Below, in pieces: positions 53,830 through 62,180 of a DNA stretch of 62,180 bases. The stretch's first letter is position 1. Each line of letters starts with the position of its first letter. The stretch lies in NCBI GenBank assembly GCA_034780895.1, contig JAUZTB010000076.1, positions 99,018,333 to 99,080,512 on the forward strand, given 5' to 3'. The DNA is from Rhynchobatus australiae. Taxonomy: Eukaryota. The translations under genes and the position numbers were made by a program. The notes beneath the pieces are model-generated. The model made no database searches and was not told the DNA's origin. It saw only the letters and a program-made list of their open reading frames with translations.

Positions 53830-56385
53830 TTTATGAATAGCAAAAATCAATATTTAGATTATAAGTAGTAGGGGATTTAAAGATTACAGTAGAAGTAACA
53901 ATGATAAGGGATTTCAACTTCTACAATATTAATTGGGATTGCCTTAGTGTTATAAGGATTAAACTGGGTGGAATTTTTAAACTTCATTCAGGAGAGCTTC
54001 TTGTGCCAGTATGTTAATAGCCCTAATAGGGATGAGCAGTGTTTGACCTAACCCTATGGAATGAAAAGCCGTGCAAGTGGTTGAAGTGTCAGTGGCCAAG
54101 CATTTTGGAGATAGTGACCATACTGTAACTCTAAGTTTCAAGATAATTATGGAAGGGGGATAAGGAGGACTTTGAAATAAAGATTCTGAATTGGGGGAAG
54201 GCTGATTTCTATATCATTAAGCAGGGCCTGGCAAGCACTAGGAGCAACAACAAGTGGAACTCTTAAAAGTGAAAATCAGGAGAGTTCAAGGCCAACATAT
54301 TCCCAAAAGGGTGAAAGGCAAGTAAAGCAAGTCACGGGAACCCTAGATTTCAGTAAACATCAACGGTTTGATTAAGAAAGGAAGTATATAGAAGTTATCT
54401 AATATTGTAAATGGGGGAGGGAGGCCTTTCGGTGGGGGTGGGGAGTGCTTAAAAAAGAAACCAGGAGGGCAACGAAGTGCAATGAAATAGCATTGGCAAA
54501 TAAAATTGAAGAACATCTCAAGGCTTCTTGTAAGTATATTAAGAGCAAGAGGGTAGCCAGGAGAAGGCTGGGGTCCATTAGGGACCTAAGCGGCAACCTG
54601 TGCATGAAGCCACGGGAAGTGGGCAAGGTCTTAAATGACTATTTCTTTCCCAAGGAGAAAAACCTTGTAGCTGGAGATTTTGGGGAGGGAGATGGTGATG
54701 TCCTAGATCATATTATTATTAAAAAGGCATTAAATGTCTTAGCAGACATCAAGGTGACTAAATCTCCAGGGACTCATGAGATATATCCAGGGCTGCTAGG
54801 GAAGGCAAGGGTGAAGGTAGCTGGGGCCCTGACAAAAACTATGAAACCTTCATTGGCCACTGTGTGAGGTGACAGAAGATGGAGGACAGCTGATGTGGTT
54901 CCTTTATTCAAGAAGGAATAAGCCAAGTAATTACAGGACAGTGAGCTTTGTCAATAGTAGGGAAGTTACTGGAAAAAATCTTGGAGACAGGATCAATCTG
55001 TACTCAGAAAGGCAGGGATTGATCAGGGGTAGTCAGCTTGGCTTTGTTGGCGGGAGATCCNNNCTGACTATTCTGAATGAATTTTTCCAAAGAAATAACT
55101 AAGTACACGGATGAGGACAGTATAGTTGATGTTGTATACATGGACGTTAGTTTGAGAAGAATCCACATGGAAGGCAAGTCCAAAAGGTAGAGTTCATTGG
55201 ATTCAAGGCAAATAGGTGCAAAATTGGTGTGGCTATAGGAGACAGAGTGTAATTGCGCAAGGTTGTTTTTGTGATTGGAAGCCTGGGAGCAGTGATGTAC
55301 TCGGGCACCTTACTGTTTGCTATATACAATTGAGGACTTAGGTGTTAACATAGGGGGTATGAACAGCATGTCTACAGATGGCCACAAAAACTAATGGTGT
55401 TCTGGACAGTAAAAAATATTGATTCAGGCTACAGAAAGATATTGATCAGCTGGTAAGTTAGGCAGAGCAATGGCAGATGGAATTTAATCTTGATCGGTGT
55501 GAGGTGATGCATTTTGTAAAGTCATACACAATGAATGGTAGGGCCATAGGGAGTATTGAGGAATATAGGGACCTCGGTTTACAAATCCAAAGATCTTTGA
55601 AGATGGCAGCACAGGTAGATAGGATGGTNNNNNNNNNNNNNNNNNNNNNNNNNNNNNNNNNNNNNNNNNNNNNNNNNNNNNNNNNNNNNNNNNNNNNNNN
55701 NNNNNNNNNNNNNNNNNNNNNNNNNNNNTACAAATCCAAAGATCTTTGAAGATGGCAGCACAGGTAGATAGGATGGTAAAGGTGGTTCACAGGATACTAG
55801 TCTATTATCTCAGGCAACGAACATAAGAGCACGGAAAATACGGTACAGTTTGATACAACATTGATGTGACCACGTCTGGAATAACGTGGATAGTTTTGGT
55901 CACCACAGTTTAGAAAACGATGGGATTGCTCAGGAGAGAATGAAGAGGAGGATTCACCAGGATGGAGTGTCTCAGTTATGAGAGAATGATAGGTTGGTTT
56001 GTTTTCTTTGGAGCAAAGAATGTTGAGAGGATTTACAGAGGTGAGCGAATTGTGAGGGGCACAGAAACAGTAGATGGTAGTATACTTTTCCTCATTACAG
56101 ATGTACCTATAACAAGAGTGCATGAGCTTAAGGTAAGGAGTAAGAGGTTTGGAGGGGATAGGAGGAGAAATTTTATCATCCAGAGGGTGGTTGGAACTTG
56201 GAATGCACTACCTCACAACACTTAACTAGTATGTAGGCAAGCACTTGAATAGCCATGGCAAGAGAAAGGCTATGGACCAAGTGCTGGTAAATGTATAGAC
56301 AGTTACATGAGTGTTGGATGGGGGCGGTGGGAAGGGGATGGTGAAAAGTAATGGGCTTATTTCTGTGAAATATGACTTTATGATT
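53830..56385 (+). mobile_element. ~2.5-kb degenerate CR1 LINE ORF2 (endonuclease end, RT, 3' UTR)
   Basis: GDFNF..INW; GDSDH; LANKIEE...KSPGTHEIYP; MEFNLDRCEVMHF; RNFIIQRVVGTWNALP; many frameshifts and stops. Confidence 0.9.
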
Positions 56386-57294
56386 CATTATCTTTGTTTG
56401 TTGTGGTGAATCGCAATTTGCAAGAACTAAAACAAGTATAATTTTGAAACCAACTTAATTTGTAATGCATTTGAATTTAAGTTCATGAAAATAGATTTAA
56501 TGATTTCTAGAATTATTCACTAATATTTTGTGTATATAACATTCAGTGACTTTGTCTAAATTAAAAAACATAATTTTATTGATTGACATTGTTATATTTA
56601 TTAGACTTGAGACATAATTGCTGCATTTGATCTGGTAATGCCAATGGTATAGGGTTTGAATTTAAAGGGTAAACAGAACAAAAATAGAAATGCAATTGGA
56701 GAAAAGTGGTAGACTGAGCACGAACAAAAAGTTGACTCTGACAAACTTCAGCACAGGATATTAAGAGTAAATGTTATCAGACATAATTTTACAGATTTCT
56801 TAAAAGGATTTCTAAGTTTCATTTTTATTGGTTCTTTCAAGCAAATCTTATGAATCATATGCTTCTCCAATTGTTTAGATCAAGCTGACTAGAACTATCT
56901 CTGAGTGACACATACTCAGAGTAGGCAGTGACTGTACAACAAAAATAATAACTTTAAATTGTTATATGATTATTTAATTATTTATATTTTTAATAATCCA
57001 CGTTTCACATAATGCAAACGATTTTTGGTAGGCCTCTCCTCTCTATTTTAGTTGCAATCATATCCTATTAAACATATACATGGAGGTGGCTTTTGATTGG
57101 CTGAAATACCATCTCTGTGCATCCTTATTTCTAGGGGGAAAAATAAGGAAAAAGCAAAACCTTCTGCTGTTTCTGGAGCATGGCTAAAAGCCACATGCTA
57201 CAGAGAATCAAAAGATTGGCCTGTGAATTTTGAGGTCTCTGCAGGTAATAAGTGCTATTCCCTTCTTCCACTCCACTTTCAATTAAATCTTTAA

Positions 57295-57692
57295 CAACAT
57301 GCATTCAAGGTGAGAGGGGGTAGGTTCAGAACAGACGTGAGGGGTACGTTTTTTTTTTACTGAGAGAGTGGTGGATGCCTGGAATACGTTCCCTAATAGG
57401 GTGGTGGAAGCAAATTCATTGGAGGCNNNNNNNNNNNNNNNNNNNNNNNNNNNNNNNNNNNNNNNNNNNNNNNNNNNNNNNNNNNNNNNNNNNNNNNNNN
57501 NNNNNNNNNNNNNNNNNNNNNNNNNNGGTGGAAGCAAATTCATTGGAGGCTTTTAAGAGGGGCTTGGATGAGCACATGAATGAGAGGAAAATAGAGGCAT
57601 ATGAGCGTTCTGTAGGTAGGAGGGAATAGCTACGTCAGCACAACATTGTGGGCCGAAGGGCCTGTTCTGCGCTGTACTATTCTATGTTCTAA
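57295..57692 (+). mobile_element. CR1 3' tail, relatively young
   Basis: RVVDAWNTFPNRVVEANSLEAFKRGLDEHM; ends gggccgaagggcctgttctgcgctgtactattctatgttcta with CpGs retained. Confidence 0.85.
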
Positions 57693-58641
57693 GTTTCCCT
57701 ATGTGTACTTTTGAAACCTGAAGAGGGCCTGGTGCATTGACTGAATCCTTGGCTTCACCTGGTTGATGATGACCTAATAGCTGAGGTACATACAAGGTGC
57801 AAATGTCCATGTCATCCAGCAAGTAGAGCCTGGTATTGTTCACATTATCCACTTGCTGCCCGTAGCTGAACTGGAGTGGAGGGGTGGGGTAATATTGGAG
57901 TTGTTAATGCCCAGAGTCTTGCTGTTTGGAGGTTGGTTGGTGGCTATACTGCTAGCTGGCTGCAGGGTCATCACAGACAGATCTTGGGGAATATCACAAA
58001 TCTGCTTACTGTAGTCAGAAAAATTCCTTTTGTTAAAGGTGAGGTATGCACTGGGTAACTTTACATGTCTTTATGGACTGAGGGAAGTGCTTATCCTCTC
58101 ACTTCATCCACTGTATATATTGTCTCTAGAGTTTAGAATAATAGACTATCCTATTGAAATATACACAGTTTTAGTGGGGCATGACAGAATAATTGCAGGG
58201 GTGATGTCTATTCTGGACAGGATGTCTGGCAGCATGAGTCATCATCTCAAAAAAGGGGTTGGCCATTCATGACTGATGTGAAAAGAAATTTCTACACCCA
58301 GACTGTGTGTGAATTTTTGAGGACTGTGGAGGCTCAGAAATTGAGTTTATTGATGGATACATTTTTGGACATCCGGGAAAATGACATTGGTACTGGAAAA
58401 TGGTATTGACATAAAAATCAGTCATGATCTGACTGAAAAACAAGGAGGTACAACAGGTTAAATGGCCTACTCCACTTTCTATTTCATATGTTCTTATGTA
58501 CAATCCTGTTATTGATTTATGAGAATCTATGTAAATTAATCATAATATAATCATGCTCTGCCAAATACTAAGCTGTTTGAAAATAATACACTTTTATCAG
58601 GATAGATATAACATCAGTAAAACAAATAACAATGCATCTTA

Positions 58642-58800
<159 letters not shown>

Positions 58801-59148
58801 CTATAAAAGATATTTTTAAAAAGAGGGTTATATTGTGAAGATATTTATAGTATGCCCTTTGCAGTTGAGGCTGCCTCAGAACAGAGCAGGAAGACTGGTG
58901 ATCAATATCAGATATCAACTTGCTCCTTGATGTGAACTTTAGTTCCTGCTTGGCTGAATTTGGCCTGTCATGCCATCAGTGCACCTTAACTGGTTTAGTA
59001 ATAAGGCAGTCTACAAGTATTGAAGTTTCCAACATAACCCAGTCTATCGTACTGCAAACCACACTATGGCAAACACTGTGGTGGCAGCAGGCCCCATGAG
59101 CAATATCTGTAATGTTATTTGCTTTGCTTAGAATACATGCAAAACAGC

Positions 59149-59198
59149 AAATAAATAAATAAATAAACAAACAAATAAATAAATAAATAAATAAATAA
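59149..59198. repeat. (AAAT)n/(AAAC)n microsatellite
   Basis: About 12 tetranucleotide units with two AAAC variants. Confidence 0.9.
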
Positions 59199-59566
59199 GT
59201 GATTTTTAGAAAACATTTACGTCAATTAGGCAACAGATGATGTCAAATTGGTAGGAAAAGAGATAGGGGTGTGTATGTGTTTTGCAATTAGAAGAGGCAA
59301 AACTGAGGTGCTACTCCACCACCAAGTGGTTGGAGGGTATAATTACAATATGGTAAGTTTACACAAGCATTTTCCATAATAAATGTACACAAAGATATTT
59401 ATAATAGAGGAAGATGACATACAAGTCTGACAAAAAAGTGGCAAAAGGAAACACAGTTTTGTGGACTGGGTCATAAATGCAGGGAAGTTAATATAGTAGT
59501 TTGTTAAAACACAACATCATTGCTCCTGCTAAAGAATTACTGTGGAAGTAGTGGAAAGTAATTCTA

Positions 59567-59803
<237 letters not shown>

Positions 59804-60699
59804 TCAAGTACTTCATTAGTGAATCTATTTGTTGTATCTATGCATTTCTGAAAATCTGCAGTTGTAGATAGAACACCAAAAAAAATACCTGAAAACTATT
59901 GTTTTTCATCTTTTATCTAACTAAAGCAAAAATGTTGTGCACAATAGTTAATTAATTTTGTTTTTTTTCACAAATGCATCTAAAATTGCTGAATCATTAT
60001 ACTGGTAATCAATTTTTGAGATATTAAAGTTTTATTTCTGTGAGAAGCAAAATGAAGGGATGATAATCAAATAATGTAGAATGGCAAAAATTCCAGAAAG
60101 GACATTTTGGCTGGTATTTAGGTTTTAGATGAGTTATTGTGTTGAGGATTAAATATAGTCTGATCTGGAAAACTCACGTTGCTATCAGAAAAGATCTCTT
60201 CAACTTCTCTTGTAGCTTACTCTAGGTTACACTTGCATCAAATTGATAAGAATTTATATTCCCCCTACTCAAAGATTCCTCAGGCTACCATATCCTTAGT
60301 TAATCATATTGTATGATATTGTTAGAGTCACACTTCTATTGCCATCTATTGTGGTATCTGATGATATTAGCTATCTTCCAATAACAGATGCAAAATTCTA
60401 AAATCATTATGAATGTTCTTATTGAGGGGTTATCAATTGACTCCTCCTAACACACAACTAGCCTGTTCTTTAATTGGTGATACTTTAAAAACTTCCATCT
60501 ATAGAGCAACTCTAGAAAAAGAACATGCAGCACAAAAGCAAATACGTAAACAAGTGGGTGCGGCTNNNNNNNNNNNNNNNNNNNNNNNNNNNNNNNNNNN
60601 NNNNNNNNNNNNNNNNNNNNNNNNNNNNNNNNNNNNNNNNNNNNNNNNNNNNNNNNNNNNNNNNNGTAATAAAGTAGCAGCAAACAGGGTCAAAGTAAT

Positions 60700-61810
60700 G
60701 TGATTAAAGTCTTTGTATCTGAATAAGGGAGATGATTAATGAAATAGAGGTAAAAGGATTTGATGTAGTAGTCATTACAGAAATGTGGTTCTAGCGTGAT
60801 GAGTAGGGTAGCTCTGATTGCACAGGATGACATTATAAAGTGGCAAGTTGTTCCTTGAGATCAGGTAGATAAAATAGGTAAAATAAAAAAATAACAAGTG
60901 GTGGAAAACATCAGGTTCAATTGTCTGTAGGCTTCCTAACACCAACAATGATGTTGTACAATCTATAAAGAAACGATGGGTATTGCAATATCCATGAGGG
61001 GGGAGGGGAACTTGATCTTCAAATAGACTGAGTAAATCCAATTGGTAACAGTCTTGAAGATGAGATTATGGAATGCATTTGAGACAGTTTGCTGTAACAA
61101 CATGTTGTGGCCCCAACCAAAGAACAGGCTACTTTAGATCTGTAATGAGTTACTAAATTAGTAAACTGAAAGGAAAGAATCCCGAGGGAGACTGACAATA
61201 ATATGACAGATTTCACATTCAGTTTGAGAGTGACAAATTGAAGCCCCTAACTTGTGCCTTAAACTTAAATAAAAACAATTTCATGGAGTATGAAAGCCAA
61301 ATAATTAGATTATACCTTTTAACCTTATTTTCCAAAGGCAGATAAACAGTGAAAGACACTTAAAANNNNNNNNNNCTAAATTTCATTAGTTAGCCATGGA
61401 TGTGATCCATCCATTGATAATTGAGGTTCAGAATGATATTAGGTTCAAAGAAAAGGCTAATAAATTTGTGAAGAATATTACTAGTAGGGAAGGAGATTAG
61501 GAGAATTTTAGAAATCATCCAAGGACTGAACAGACAAAAGAAAAACAAAGAGTAGGTCATCATCAGGTTGGGATACCTCAGGGATTAATGCTGGGGCCTC
61601 AGCTAATTGCATTAATGACTTAGATAAAGGCACTGAGTATAATGTATCCAGGTTGATGATACAGACTTAAGTAGAAGAGTAAATTGTGAGGACACCAAGA
61701 GTCTGCAAAGGGAATACAGATGGCAGGTGGGGTTCAATGAGGGGAAATCCAGTTCAGTTGGAATAATTGAAAAAGTTGTTAACTTTAAAGGTTCTTGACT
61801 TTAAGAAAGA
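60700..61810 (+). mobile_element. Heavily decayed CR1 ORF2 fragments
   Basis: FDVVVITEMW (endonuclease), PTKEQATLDL, IPQGLMLGP remnants. Confidence 0.6.
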
Positions 61811-61839
61811 CCAGGGTGCATTTGTGCAAGAAACACAAG

Positions 61840-62080
61840 CTGGACGGCTCAGTAACAAACCTAGTAGAGCTGCTGCCTCACAGTGCCTGTAACCTGGATT
61901 CAATCCTGACCTTGGATCCTGTCAGTGTGGAGTTTGCATATTCTCCCTGTGACCGTGTGGTTTTCCTCCAAGTGCTCCAGTTCCCTCCCACATCTTAAGG
62001 ACATGCAGGTTAGTAGCTTAACTGGCTATTGTAAATTACCCCTAGAGCGTGGGTGAGTGGTAGAATCTGGGTGCAGTTTT
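61840..62080 (+). mobile_element. V-SINE (HE1-like)
   Basis: ctgcctcacagtgcc...ggattcaatcctg; V-domain gtgtggagtttgcatattctccctgtgaccgtgtggttttcctcc. Confidence 0.8.
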
Positions 62081-62084
62081 AATG

Positions 62085-62180
62085 TAGGATTCTGACTGGA
62101 GGCATCACAGCCAATATGGAGCCTCTAATGCACAGGATCGCAAGAGGCTACAGATGGTTATCAACTCAGCCAGCTTCATC
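62085..62180 (+). mobile_element. Rex1-like LINE fragment running off the window end
   Basis: ILTGGIT...QDRKRLQMVINSASFI, homologous to 49210-49310. Confidence 0.55.

Noticed and set aside
54445-54867. 140-aa ORF as a host gene or domesticated protein
   Set aside because: It is the CR1 ORF2 region between endonuclease and RT; neighbouring frames are broken by stops and frameshifts.
55580-55777. Identical 49-nt direct repeat flanking a 100-N gap
   Set aside because: The LINE reads continuously if one copy and the gap are removed; scaffolding artefact.
57403-57550. Identical 24-nt repeat around a 100-N gap, superficially like a CRISPR repeat-spacer
   Set aside because: Only two copies, inside a CR1 tail in a vertebrate genome; assembly artefact.

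Overview
Eukaryotic, AT-rich vertebrate genomic DNA, most likely from a cartilaginous fish (shark/ray): the repeats are HE1-like V-SINEs, Deu-domain SINEs, CR1/L2-type LINEs and Penelope-derived tails. It is a draft assembly with many N gaps. Two intron-rich genes converge tail-to-tail. On + is reticulon-4 (RTN4/Nogo): a short first exon (MDAKM) plus six reticulon-homology-domain exons (208/139/70/47/59 nt and a terminal exon), giving a 193-aa short isoform ending in KKKTE. On - are the last 10 coding exons of EML6 (WD40 repeats, ending IFVWRCL*). I checked all splice phases by hand and they close into uninterrupted ORFs. Most ORF-track entries are spurious or decayed retroelement pieces. Most notable observations: (i) a Penelope-type minimal hammerhead-ribozyme core inside a 30-bp inverted repeat in an RTN4 intron, with further decayed copies; (ii) an ~82%-identical copy of half an RTN4 exon plus its donor inserted inside one of these Penelope-derived tails; (iii) a GC-AG intron in RTN4; (iv) a muscle-type promoter/enhancer (E-boxes, TATA, perfect MEF2 site) at the short first exon; (v) candidate unannotated alternative exons, including an RTN4 C-terminus lacking the ER-retrieval motif. 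No wholly novel gene system is supported. Repeat family names and boundaries come from recalled motifs, not database searches, and are approximate.
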